64,000 nt of DNA from Octopus vulgaris (Eukaryota), in NCBI GenBank assembly GCA_951406725.2, contig OX597840.1, forward strand, positions 18,724,001 to 18,788,000, read 5' to 3'. Made by a program: the position numbers and the translations under genes. A model generated the notes under the pieces. It saw only the letters and a program-made list of their open reading frames with translations. It was not told the DNA's origin and searched no databases. Positions 12,262 through 23,705 of this stretch are shown piece after piece; the stretch's first letter is position 1; each line of letters starts with the position of its first letter.

Positions 12262-12720
12262 CAATATTTACTCAGACCCAGTAGGGAAGATGTCACTGTG
12301 TTCAAGAAGTCGTTTTATGACAGTAAATAAATAACACTGAAATATTCCAGTGTAGAATGCGTCACAGTATTCTGAGATTTAAATATTACTTGACACAGTC
12401 AATTCCCAATCATTTATATTTAATTAGAGCTTGCTAAATATCAAATGTCAAGTGGAACTAATCAATATAGATGTGAATGAAACAAAAGCAGGATATGAAT
12501 AGAATTGGGAAGGTTTAACAATAAACTGACAATGGAACTAACTCTGTCTCTACTTTCAGCATCAGTCCTGGTGTAGCAACTTCACAGAATCCCCAGCGTT
12601 TAAATTGGTAGAGGACAGAATGAAAGCGATTTCTTGCTTCTCACTTTCAATTCAGATCACCACACTCAAATCCCTCCCCAAATGTTCGTCGCTCTAGTGG
12701 CAAGCAAAAGAATTATTATT
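12262..12720 (-). promoter_or_regulatory. Putative ZNF promoter/first-exon cassette, copy 0; its coding exon is not in the window
   Basis: Homologous to 29872-30300, 37948-38348 and 45626-46120; minus-strand donor variant GA|GTAAAT at about 12265-12272. Confidence 0.5.
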
Positions 12721-13445
12721 TTCATCATTATTATCATAATTCGTTTTCAATAATTAAAAATTATAACTATTAAAATGTAGAAGGGCTCTGATCAATTAAA
12801 ATCAGTCTGAAGTTACAACACAGTTGACCATCACATCTGCTGCAAGTTCTAACCATAACCAATTACAATCCCAATGGATTCTTACAAAGTACAGCTGTGT
12901 CTGTTTGGTAGTCCAACTGAATGACTATTCATCACAATTTTTTGAAATCACGCACTCACTCTAGCAAGGAAGGCACCCCTTTTTTAACTGTTTTGGCATT
13001 GGGGCTTTGCTATAGAGTTTGGAGCTGCTGAAAGACAGCTGACTTGACCTAGGATACAAGAGAGCAGTGCTTGCACTGAGGAACGTTGTCACTGTTATGG
13101 CATTATGGTACATCAGATACGAAAGTGACTGGCATCATTCTGGTGGAGTAACAGTAAGATGTACTGATTCAGAGAAATGTCTATGTGTTTCAACCCACAT
13201 CTGGAGAGGTATGTCTATGTAGGAGAGATGGTCCATTTGAATGACAGAGGGTGCAGTTTAGGCCCTTGGGGTCAGGATCAATCAAGGTCTGCATGTGGAT
13301 AAAATAAGTTGTAACATGCATGGCCAGTATCATTTAGACATTAGTCATGAAGGATATAGGAAACCTGCCAAGTGAGGATATTTTAAAGACAAAAAATTTG
13401 AGAGAAAATCCTTTAACTCAATATAACTTTAACTGTTGATATAAC

Positions 13446-13451
13446 TTTATT
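13446..13451 (-). terminator. Putative poly(A) signal AATAAA of ZNF gene 1, displaced by the Gypsy insertion
   Basis: Same context (ATAACTTTATTTAAAACTTAAC) as 31614 and 41041, downstream of ZNF genes 2 and 3. Confidence 0.45.
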
Positions 13452-14368
13452 TAAAACTTAACTTTTCATGTAATTGTGAATTTTATAAATATCTGTAATA
13501 TTACTTTATTGACACTTCTTTAAAGTAATCATAATTGTGTTTATAAAAGAAATCTGAAAAAGAAATTAAAGAAAAAATTGCAGTGGAGGTGCTTACTTTG
13601 AAACTAATACCAAGAAAAAATGTCCAATCTCCTGTTTTGATAACAATTACTCTGCTGAAGATATTTTCCAATATTTTCAACTCTTATGCATACCTCATGT
13701 AAAAATAAGGATCTACACACAAATTTGGTATACTGAAATGAACAGATGTGCTTCAAGAGGACACAGATTCGATTTTAGCCTTATCGACATAATATATGAA
13801 TATATATTTATATATACATGAAAATGTGTGTATAAATATATCTATATGTTTGTGTATACATTTGTCTCCATATAAATGTGCTGTTTTTAAATGAGAACCA
13901 TCATCATACAATCAAGGTGGTTTGTCTCCAATCTTGTGTGAGAAACACGTCTGGTTATGGGAAAATATTTCCTTACTTGGAAACTGGGGGTTGGTGATGA
14001 GAAGGGCATCCACCCGTAGAAAATGTACTTCACACAAGCACGGAAAAGTGTGAAAGGATGATATGGACACATACACACACCTTGAATTAGGTTTTTCATG
14101 TCTATTCACACAGATGTCAGGAATGTTGGTTAATGACTAAAAGTGCACAACTGTGAATACAAGCAGTTGAAATGGGATGACTCCGAAGGAACTCTGGAGT
14201 AACGGTATTTGGCAGGGTGCAAGATTTTGGACATCAAGGGATCTGTCCAAGTGGAGATGCTCCTTCACCATATTGAGGGATCACAGCTCTGGTGCAATGA
14301 AGATTAGAATGTCACAAGAAAGACTTTTCAACCTGAGCCAAATGGCAGGAGACCTACAAGATAATATC

Positions 14369-14601
14369 AGTTACACATCCACATCTATGTGTATACGTAG
14401 GTATATGTGTGTAGAATACATCCCCACTATTGGCACTATTTTGTTAGCAAGCAGTATGAGCTACGTCTAAAGGGATATGCACAATGCGTATCACTCCGCT
14501 GTATGTTGACAGTTCGTAAAAACAAGTTAAGCAAAATAAACATGTAAAACAATAACAATGCCTTCATTGACTTGTCTATCATCCCATCAAGATGCATAAT
14601 A
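14369..14601 (+). repeat. Gypsy 5' LTR
   Basis: Direct repeat of 21022-21053 plus 23496-23705; followed by the PBS. Confidence 0.88.
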
Positions 14602-14624
14602 TGGTGGCAGTGGTAAATAACTAA

Positions 14625-16331
14625 TTGGAAACTGTGCCTTTACAACAAAACACGAACACAATGAACCAAAAATTTAACAAACTGAATATTGCTTCGTCTT
14701 CGGACACACATACACGAGAATCCAAAATGGCGACCCCCGTCACTGTACAGATGAATTTACATCCAATCATGAACTGGGATTCCGATGATATCGTGGAAGT
14801 GTTTAAGAAATTTAACCAGAAAACTCAACTAGCTTTCAAAAGTTTCCTGAAAGGTACAACTACCGATGAAAAGGTAAGCTACATCCTTTTATGGATGAGA
14901 GAGAAGGGCCTAGACCTATTCAATAGCTGGGACATGTCAGAATCGGATTGCAATAACCCAGACACACTTTTTGAGAAATTTGAAAGGCACCTGGAGCCCA
15001 GATCGAACCATAGAATTCACAGATACAAATTCCAGGGCCTGAAACAAGACCCACAAGAAATGATTGATAATTTCCTGTCGAGACTAAAGAATGTTGCAGA
15101 GAAATGCAAATTCAAAGACAAGGACGAAAGAATTGTTGATCAATTAATATGGGGGTGTGCTCATAAAGAAGTTCAGAAATCCCTCATAGGTAAGGACGCT
15201 CTCCAGTTGATAGAAGCAGTAGACACTGCAAGAGCATTCGAAGTTACTACCAAACAAATGGCCTCACTTAGCTTACAAACAAGCTCACTAGGCAGCAGTG
15301 TAGATATTGTATCTAGACATAGGATGAAACATACCCGCAAACAAAGAACATGCCAGTACTGTGGTACAGAGCATGAGTTCGACAACCGGAAGAAATGTCC
15401 TGCGTTCGGTACACACTGCAAAGCAGGTGGAAAACCCAACCACTGGGGGAAAATGTGTAGACAAAAAAGATACCAGAGATACAAGCCCCAATTTTCAAAG
15501 AGGAGCGGAAATAGAAAACAAAGAGATATACATGCCCAACGACAGGAACAAAACACCTCAGAGGAGGAATTCTTGGCAGTCGGCACAATAAATGTGCATG
15601 AGATGGGAAATGGCGACCAGAGAAAAAATGAGGCATACACAACAATGAGAATACAAAAGAAGTCTGGCAAGAAACGAATAAACATTGACTTAAGGCTGAA
15701 GATTGACACTGGAGCCCAGAGTGATATCTTGCCTGTCAACCTCCACAAAAAGATGTTCCCAGAACACATGACACAAGAGGATAAAGTCAAAGAAGGAATC
15801 CTCACACCAAGTGATGTAATCCTCACTGCGTACGGAGGTACCAGGATTCCACAACTGGGTAAAACAACAATCACAGGGACACACGAAGGAAAAACAATCA
15901 AGTGTTCTTTTTATGTCACAACAACAGAAGGTCCATCAATTCTTGGACTCAATACCTGCAGAAAGCTAAATATTGTGTCAATCAATGGTGAAGTGAAGGC
16001 AACTCCGAGCAGGATTGACAGAGATATGCCTATCAAAGACCGACCACCAATCACAAACAAAGAGGAACTGATAAGCATGTACCCTGAATGCTTTGACGAT
16101 ACAGTCGGGTGCTTTATGAAATGTCGATACCATATAACAGTGGACCCCAATATCAAACCAATTGTTCACCCACCTCGCCGCGTCCCTCTAGAACTAAAAG
16201 AGAAGCTGAAGACAGAGTTGAACAGAATGGAAAAAAAAAGAAATAATCACCAAAGTGACACGACCAACAGACAGGGTGAATTCAATTGTAATCAAAGAAA
16301 AACCCAATGGTACCCTACGGATATGCCTTGA
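14625..16331 (+). CDS. Gypsy Gag-protease and RT start; frameshift at the A-run at 16231
   Basis: Gag helical region; zinc knuckles CQYCGTEH..CPAFGTHCKAGGKPNHWGKMC; protease IDTGA..DIL and SILG; PPRRVPLEL. First ATG is at 14661. Confidence 0.85.
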   Translation: METVPLQQNTNTMNQKFNKLNIASSSDTHTRESKMATPVTVQMNLHPIMNWDSDDIVEVFKKFNQKTQLAFKSFLKGTTTDEKVSYILLWMREKGLDLFNSWDMSESDCNNPDTLFEKFERHLEPRSNHRIHRYKFQGLKQDPQEMIDNFLSRLKNVAEKCKFKDKDERIVDQLIWGCAHKEVQKSLIGKDALQLIEAVDTARAFEVTTKQMASLSLQTSSLGSSVDIVSRHRMKHTRKQRTCQYCGTEHEFDNRKKCPAFGTHCKAGGKPNHWGKMCRQKRYQRYKPQFSKRSGNRKQRDIHAQRQEQNTSEEEFLAVGTINVHEMGNGDQRKNEAYTTMRIQKKSGKKRINIDLRLKIDTGAQSDILPVNLHKKMFPEHMTQEDKVKEGILTPSDVILTAYGGTRIPQLGKTTITGTHEGKTIKCSFYVTTTEGPSILGLNTCRKLNIVSINGEVKATPSRIDRDMPIKDRPPITNKEELISMYPECFDDTVGCFMKCRYHITVDPNIKPIVHPPRRVPLELKEKLKTELNRMEKKRNNHQSDTTNRQGEFNCNQRKTQWYPTDMP

Positions 16332-18240
16332 CCCAAGGGATCTGAACAAGGCATTAAAAAGAGAGTACCATCCAATTCCAACCCTTGAAGAAATCACACC
16401 ATCATTGGCTGGGTCCAAATTATTCCGCAAACTGGATGCCAGTTATGGGTACTGGAATGTAAAGATAGACAAAGAGTCATCCATGCTCACTACCTTCAAC
16501 ACACCATTTGGCAGATATCGATTCAACCGACTCCCATTTCGATTGAAGGTGAGCCAAGATGTTTTCCAGCACCAAATGGATGAGACTTACCAAGGCTGCA
16601 AGGGAGCAATTGGAATAGCAGATGACATCCAAGTGCATGGCAAGGATGAGACCACACATGACTTCAATTTACATGAAGCTATGGAGAAAACCCGACAAGC
16701 AGGCATCAAACTCAATGCGGACAAGTGTGTGATTAAAGCAAAGGAGTGCAAATTCTTTGGAATTATATACTCTGCAGTGGGAGTGAAACCAGACCCCACT
16801 AAAGTGGAAGCCATCAGAGACATCAAAGAACCTAAAGACAAGAAGGAACTCAGGAGCTTCCTAGGACTCATTCACAACATGGGAGCCTTCATACCCAAGC
16901 TGGCCGATCACACTGCACATCTCCGAGAACTAAACAAAGATGACATAGAGTTTGATTGGTGTGTTTCACACACACAGGATTTCGAAGCAATCAAAAAGCT
17001 CATCAGTAAGGAGACAACTCTGCAATACTATGACAGACGCAAACCAGTAACACTCCAAGTCGATGCTTCTATGAGAGGAGTTGGCGCAGCACTGATACAA
17101 GAAGGTAAAGACAAGGATGAAAGGATTGTTGATCAACTACTATGGGGGTGTGCTCATAAAGAAGTCCAGAAATTCCATATAGGTAAGGACGCTCTCGAGT
17201 TAATAGAAGCAGTAGATAGTGCAAGAGCATTCGAAGCTACTACCAAACAAATGGCCTCACTTACTTTACAAACAAGCTCACTAGGCAGCAGTGTAGATAT
17301 TGTATCTAGGCACAGGACGAAACATACCCGCAAACAAAGAACATGCCAGTACTGTGGTACAGAGCATGAGTTCGACAACCGGAAGAAATGTCCTGCGTTC
17401 AGTACACACTGCAAAGCAGGTGGAAAACCCAACCACTGGGGGAAAATGTGTAGACAAAAAAAATTCCAGAGATACAAGCCCCAATTTTCAAAGAGGAGCG
17501 GAAATAGAAAACAAAGAGATATACATGCCCAACAACAGGAACTATACACCTCAGAGGAGGAATTCTTGGCAGTCGGCACAATAAATGTGCATGAGATGGG
17601 AAATGGCGACCAGAGAAAAAATGAGGCATACACAACAATAAGAATTCAAAAGAAGTCTGGCAAGAAACGAATAAACATTGACTTAAGGCTGAAGATTGAC
17701 ACTGGAGCCCAGAGTGATATCTTGCCTGTCAACCTCTACAAAAAGGTGTTCCCAGAACACATGACACAAGAGGATAAAGTCAAAGAAGGAATCCTCACAC
17801 CAAGTGATGTAATCCTCACTGCGTACGGAGGTACCAGGATTCCACAACTGGGCAAAACAACAATCACAGGGACACACAAAGGAAAAACAATCAAGTGTTC
17901 TTTTTATGTCACAACAACAGAAGGTCCATCAATTCTTGGACTCAATACCTGCAGAAAGCTAAATATTGTGTCAATCAATGGTGAAGTGAAGGCAACTCCG
18001 AGCAGGATTGACAGAGATATGCCTATCAAAGACCGACCACCAATCACAAACAAAGAGGAACTGATAAGCATGTACCCTGAATGCTTTGACGATACAGTCG
18101 GGTGCTTTATGAAATGTCGATACCATATAACAGTGGACCCCAATATCAAACCAATTGTTCACCCACCTCGCCGCGTCCCTCTAGAACTAAAAGAGAAGCT
18201 GAAGACAGAGTTGGACAGAATGGAAAAAAAAAAGAAATAA
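16255..18240 (+). CDS. Chimeric ORF: RT and RNase H start fused in frame to duplicated Gag C-terminus and protease
   Basis: LRICLDPRDLN, LDASYGYW, IADDI, LQVDASMRGVGAALIQEG, then KDKDERIVDQL (a repeat of Gag) at about 17107. Confidence 0.85.
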   Translation: MTRPTDRVNSIVIKEKPNGTLRICLDPRDLNKALKREYHPIPTLEEITPSLAGSKLFRKLDASYGYWNVKIDKESSMLTTFNTPFGRYRFNRLPFRLKVSQDVFQHQMDETYQGCKGAIGIADDIQVHGKDETTHDFNLHEAMEKTRQAGIKLNADKCVIKAKECKFFGIIYSAVGVKPDPTKVEAIRDIKEPKDKKELRSFLGLIHNMGAFIPKLADHTAHLRELNKDDIEFDWCVSHTQDFEAIKKLISKETTLQYYDRRKPVTLQVDASMRGVGAALIQEGKDKDERIVDQLLWGCAHKEVQKFHIGKDALELIEAVDSARAFEATTKQMASLTLQTSSLGSSVDIVSRHRTKHTRKQRTCQYCGTEHEFDNRKKCPAFSTHCKAGGKPNHWGKMCRQKKFQRYKPQFSKRSGNRKQRDIHAQQQELYTSEEEFLAVGTINVHEMGNGDQRKNEAYTTIRIQKKSGKKRINIDLRLKIDTGAQSDILPVNLYKKVFPEHMTQEDKVKEGILTPSDVILTAYGGTRIPQLGKTTITGTHKGKTIKCSFYVTTTEGPSILGLNTCRKLNIVSINGEVKATPSRIDRDMPIKDRPPITNKEELISMYPECFDDTVGCFMKCRYHITVDPNIKPIVHPPRRVPLELKEKLKTELDRMEKKKK

Positions 18241-18476
18241 TCACCAAAGTGACACGACCAACAGACAGGGTGAATTCAATTGTAATCAAAGAAAAACCCA
18301 ATGGTACCCTACGGATATGCCTTGACCCAAGGGATCTGAACAAGGCATTAAAAAGAGAGTACCATCCAATTCCAACCCTTGAAGAAATCACACCATCATT
18401 GGCTGGGTCCAAATTATTCCGCAAACTGGATGCCAGTTATGGGTACTGGAATGTAAAGATAGACAAATAGTCATCC

Positions 18477-19592
18477 ATGCTCACTACCTTCAACACACCA
18501 TTTGGCAGATATCGATTCAACCGACTCCCATTTCGATTGAAGGTGAGCCAAGATGTTTTCCAGCACCAAATGGATGAGACTTACCAAGGCTGCAAGGGAG
18601 CAATTGGAATAGCAGATGACATCCAAGTGCATGGCAAGGATGAGACCACACATGACTTCAATTTACATGAAGCTATGGAGAAAACCCGACAAGCAGGCAT
18701 CAAACTCAATGCGGACAAATGTGTGATCAAAGCAAAGGAGTGCAAATTCTTTGGAATTATATACTCTGCAGAGGGAGTGAAACCAGACCCCACTAAAGTG
18801 GAAGCCATCAGAGACATCAAAGAACCTAAAGACAAGAAGGAACTCAGGAGCTTCCTAGGACTCATTCACAACATGGGAGCCTTCATACCCAAGCTGGCCG
18901 ATCACACTGCACATCTCCGAGAACTAAACAAAGATGACATAGAGTTTGATTGGTGTGCTTCACACACACAGGATTTCGAAGCAATCAAAAAGCTCATCAG
19001 TAAGGAGACAACTCTGCAATACTATGACAGACGCAAACCAGTAACACTCCAAGTCGATGCTTCTATGAGAGGAGTTGGCGCAGCACTGATACAAGAAGGT
19101 AAAGACAAGGATGAAAGGATTGTTGATCAACTACTATGGGGGTGTGCTCATAAAGAAGTCCAGAAATTCCATATAGGTAAGGACGCTCTTGAGTTAATAG
19201 AAGCAGTAGATGGTGCAAGAGCATTCGAAGCTACTACCAAACAAATGGCCTCACTTACTTTACAAACAAGCTCACTAGGCAGCAGTGTAGCTATTGTATC
19301 TAGGCACAGGACGAAACATACCCGCAAACAAAGAACATGCCAGTACTGTGGTACAGAGCATGAGTTCGACAACCAGAAGAAATGTCCTGCATTCGGTACA
19401 CACTGCAAAGCAGGTGGAAAACCCAACCACTGGGGGAAAATGTGTAGACGAAAAAAATCCCAGAGATACAAGCCCCAATTTTCAAAGAGGAGCGGAAATA
19501 GAAAACAAAGAGATATACATGCCCAACAACAGGAACTATACACCGGGTTCAATACCGTTAAAGAGAAAAAAAGAAAAAGAAAAGATAAATAA
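18477..19592 (+). pseudogene. Second RT/RH-Gag chimeric copy, preceded by a TAG stop at 18468
   Basis: Near-identical to 16483-17550, offset 1994 bp. Confidence 0.85.
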
Positions 19593-19840
19593 CAAATTCT
19601 GTTAGATTACAAAGCAGAAAACCACGTGAGTGGGCAGAATAATCTCACGGTTTCTGCTGCAGGATTGCCACCTTTGCACTGACAACCCATTAGAGTAAAG
19701 GAGCCTACTTATATTTTTTCTTCACTGCCAGAAGACCCCCTTATTTTTTTTCAAGAAGAAGGGATGTTACACATTCACATCTATGTGTATACGTAGCAGT
19801 GGCGTGCGGTGACTTCCGGGGCTGGGCATGCAATGAATTT

Positions 19841-20795
19841 CCTCAGAGGAGGAATTCTTGGCAGTTGGCACAATAAATGTGCATGAGATGGGAAATGGCA
19901 ACCAGAGAAAAAATGAGGCATACACAACAATAAGAATACAAAAGAAGTCTGGCAAGAAATGAATAAACATTGACTTAAGGCTGAAGATTGACACTGGAGC
20001 CCAGAGTGATATCTTGCCTGTCAACCTCTACAAAAAGATGTTCCCAGAACACATGACACAAGAGGATAAAATCAAAGAAGGAATCCTCACACCAAGTGAT
20101 GTAATCCTCACTGCGTACGGAGGTACCAGGATTCCACAACTGGGCAAAACAACAATCACAGGGACACACAAAGGAAAAACAATCAAGTGTTCTTTTTATG
20201 TCACAAGAACAGAAGAACCAGCATATGCCTCGAAAGCTCTCTCACCCACAGAGACAAGGTACGCAAATATTGAAAGGGAACTCCTGGCAGTAGTATATGG
20301 ATGTGAAAAGTTCCATACATACCTGTATGGCAGACATTTCAATAGTGAAACAGACCATCGCCCGCTAGAACAAATACATAAAAAAACCTGATGAAAGCAC
20401 CAGCCAGACTGCAAAGATTACTGTTAAGGCTTCAAACATACGACTATGATATCAGGTACAAGCCAGGAAAAGACCTGATATTGGCAGATGCTCTTTCCAG
20501 ACTATCCTCACATGATAAACAGGAGAGGGAAGGACAAAGCATAAAGGTCCACCACATTGTAAATGTAACGACTACAAAGCTAGCAGAAATCAAAGAGGAG
20601 ACCAGCAAAGATGAAGAACACCAGCTCCTTACTCAGATGGTGTTTCAGGGTTGACCAGAAAAGAGACATCAGGTGCAGCCCTGATGATATATCAGTGGAG
20701 AATGGAATCCTGATGGCTGGATCCTGAATAATTATACCCAAAACAATGCAAAAAGAGATTCTTGACAAGATCCACCAGATGGAGATTGAACATTC
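19841..20795 (+). pseudogene. Third protease fragment joined to RNase H and the integrase Zn-domain start
   Basis: AYASKALSPTETRYANIERELLAVVYGCEKFHTYLYG, TDHRPL, ARLQRLLLRLQTYDYDIRYKPGKDLILADALSR, ILDKIH; several stops and deletions. Confidence 0.85.
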
Positions 20796-21236
20796 TACCA
20801 CTGGTTCGATACCGTTAAAGAGAAAAAAAGAAAAAGAAAAGATAAATAACAAATTCTGTTAGATTACAAAGCAGAAAACCACGTGAGTGGGCAGAATAAT
20901 CTCACGGTTTCTGCTGCAGGATTGCCACCTTTGCGCTGACAATCCATTAGAATAAGGGAGACTACTTATATTTTTTCTTCACTGCCAAAAGACCCCCTTA
21001 TTTTTTTTCAAGAAGAAGGGATGGTACACATTCACATCTATGTGTATACGTAGCAGTGGCGTGCGGTGACTTCCGGGGCTGGGCATGCAATGAGTTTCTT
21101 TGGGGGGGGCCCCCCCCCCCCCCGGCAATTTTTCAGTAAAAAAATTTTCGAATTCCTACGATTTACATATGGGAGATTCTGAATATGCAATCACCCCCAT
21201 ATGACCTAGAATAAAAAAAAAAAAAAACGTCGCCCT

Positions 21237-21474
21237 GGTACTATTTAAGAAGAGTGGTCCCGTTGCGCGCGCTCGCTAGTCGTGACTAGTCGATCCTACG
21301 ACTATCTAGCAAAGTAAATAAATTTTTTAAACAAAATATATAAAACACAAAAACACAAAGTAAATAATGTTTTAAACAAAGTAAATAAAACACAAAGTAA
21401 GGATCGACTAGTCACGACTAGCTGGCGTGGATGCTCGGGTGCGCGCACCGGGACCACTCTTCTTAAATAGTACC
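21237..21474. mobile_element. GGTACTA-ended foldback MITE, empty form, no matching TSD
   Basis: Long imperfect TIRs GGTACTATTTAAGAAGAGTGGTCCCG.. / ..CGGGACCACTCTTCTTAAATAGTACC. Confidence 0.8.
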
Positions 21475-21687
21475 CATGATTTTTAAATTGTTTGCAATAC
21501 TCAAATTTGTTGAAATTCGAAAGTTCCATGAATTTAAACTCTTCTAAGGATGAATATTGTGCTTTTATTTGGTCAACTATTGTACTGATAATTTTGTTAT
21601 AAAGCATTTTATAATGTCGTTGGGGCTCAATAGATATATTCTTGGATCTCTGAATTCCGATTCCTGCATCGACTCCATATTTTCCCC

Positions 21688-22042
21688 CCCGGGTTCAGTC
21701 CCACTGCATGGCACCTTGGGCAAGTGTCTTCTACTATAATCTCGGGCCAACCAAAGCCTTGTGAGTGGATTTGGTAGACGGAAACTGAAAGAAGCCCGTG
21801 GTATATATGTATGTATATATATGCGTGTGTGTGTATGTGTTTGTGTGTCTGTGTTTGTCCCCCTAGCATTGCTTGACAACCGATGCTGGTGTGTTTATGT
21901 CCCCGTTACTTAGCGGTTCGGCAAAAGAGTCCGATAGAATAAGTACTGGGCTTACAAAAGAATAAGTCCCGGGGTTGAGTTGCTCGATTAAAGGCGGTGC
22001 TCCAGCATGGCCGCAGTCAAATGACTGAAACAAATAAAAGAG
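21688..22042 (+). mobile_element. SINE family A, 5'-truncated, inside the hAT
   Basis: Family A consensus from the B box to the tail. Confidence 0.85.
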
Positions 22043-23028
22043 ATTGAAAAATTATCAAGTTTGTTTTCGAGTACAGTTCTAGTTTTATCTATTTGATCTT
22101 TACAATACACTATGTCATGACTTTTACTCTGGAGGATGTTAAATAAGAAAAAAGAAAAAATCTCACTGAATACTTCTAACAAAAATAAGAAATCAGGAGC
22201 TTTTAAAGTGTGTAAGAATCCAATTGCTGAATTTATGGTGGTATCATCCCATGCTTCAGGATTTTCTATGATGTGCTCAAAAAGGCTGATTATGAAATTA
22301 TAATTTTCCTTTGTGGTAATAATTAAGCCATGAGGAGTAATTTCATTGCTGTTGCCTTCAGAAATCTTTTTTCTTAACAATGTTATCTAATGCATTAGCC
22401 CTTTTCGGTATTGGTCTCCCACCATTATAATTAATTATTTTCCATTGAATTCTCCTTTCGAAAAACTATTTCTCAAAATATCGTTTATAACACACATTTC
22501 ACTCATTTCGTAAAAGGCTGTTCTTATATATGGAAGCGCCGGCGTAAATTGTAAGTCAATTTCAACAAAACAGAAAGATACAGAAAGTGGGTATCATGCG
22601 GTCAGCTCATGCCACTGAGAGAGAGAGGAAGGGGGTACAAAATATTATGAACGACCTTTCCTCCTAGCATCTGTTTTATCAATTCACTAAGAGAGAGAGA
22701 GGAAGGAGGGACAAACTAAGAGACAGAGAGGGAGGTCATGCTGGTCTTCCCACAGCATGACAAGCCACTAAGAGAAAGAGGAAGGGGGTAAAAATATTTC
22801 AAATGCCCTATCCCCATAGCATGTCTTTTAAACATGTCACTAAGAGAGAGAGAGAGAGAGGAAGGAAGGACAAACTGAGACAGAGAGGGAGTGTCTGACA
22901 TGCTGGTCTTGTCAATGCATGACTTCTAAAAGCAGAAGTAGAGTCACTGAGAGGGAAGGGGAGACAAAATACACCTGGACGGATTTTCTTTGAAACAAAG
23001 TAACTATTTTATCTAATTTTCTGATCAT

Positions 23029-23420
23029 AGGCGCAGGAGTGGCTGTGTGGTAAGTAGCTTGCCTACCAACCACATGGTTCTGGGTTCAGTCCCACTGCGT
23101 GGCATCTTGGGCAAGTGTCTTCTGCTATAGCCCTGGGCCGACCAATGCCTTGTGAGTGGAATTGGTAGACGGAAACTGAAAGAAGCCTGTCGTATATATG
23201 TATATATATATGCGTGTGTGTGTTTGTCCCCCTAGAATTGCTTGACAACCGATGCTGGTGTGTTTACGTCCCCGTCACTTAGCGGTTCGGCAAAAGAGAC
23301 CAATAGAATAAGTACTGGGCTTACAAAAGAATAAGTCCCGGGGTCGATTTGCTCGACAAAAGGCGGTGCTCCAGCATGGCCGCAGTCAAATGACTGACTG
23401 AAACAAGTAAAAGAGAAAGA
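23029..23420 (+). mobile_element. SINE family A, full length, inside the hAT
   Basis: Complete head-to-tail match to the family A consensus. Confidence 0.88.
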
Positions 23421-23487
23421 GAATATGGATAAAAAAATCACAGGGCATGCAACGCATACCTTGCATACCTGAGAGTGCACGCCCCTG

Positions 23488-23705
23488 ATACGTAGGTATA
23501 CATGTGTAGAATACATCCCCACTATTGGCACTATTTTGTTAGTAAACAGTATGAGCTACGTCTAAGGGGATACGCACAACACGTATCACTCCGCTGTATG
23601 TTGACAGTTCGTAAAAACAGGTTAAGCAAAATAAACACGTAAAACAATAACAATGCCTTCATTGAGTTGTCTATCATCCCATCAAGAATGAAACAATGCA
23701 TAACA
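23488..23705 (+). repeat. Gypsy 3' LTR, distal part
   Basis: Matches 14393-14601; ends TGCATAACA. Confidence 0.88.

Larger units (their letters stand above)
21054..23487 (-). mobile_element. hAT DNA transposon (deleted, ZMYM1-like transposase) inserted in the Gypsy 3' LTR
   Basis: TIRs CAGTGGCGTGC / GCACGCCCCTG; exact 8-bp TSD ATACGTAG (21046-53, 23488-95); transposase-like fragments 21480-21660 and 22045-22506 (FLFLLEVFSEIF..LFNILQSK); GA-rich subterminal repeats 22610-22970. Confidence 0.88.
14369..23705 (+). mobile_element. Ty3/Gypsy LTR retrotransposon, rearranged, integrase core missing
   Basis: 5' LTR 14369-14601; PBS TGGTGGCAGTGG 14602-13; gag-PR-RT-RH ORFs; PPT AGAAGAAGGGA 21011-21; split 3' LTR 21022-21053 plus 23488-23705; imperfect TSD ATATC/ATATT; flanks rejoin into sequence paralogous to about 32495-32550. 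Confidence 0.92.

Noticed and set aside
16225-16245. Programmed ribosomal frameshift at the A-run
   Set aside because: It falls inside the RT N-terminus rather than at the gag/pol border, and the run length differs between copies; slippage or sequencing error is more likely.
15173-19552. Minus-strand ORFs up to 242 aa over the Gypsy element
   Set aside because: Shadow frames of gag/pol, repeated only because of the duplication.
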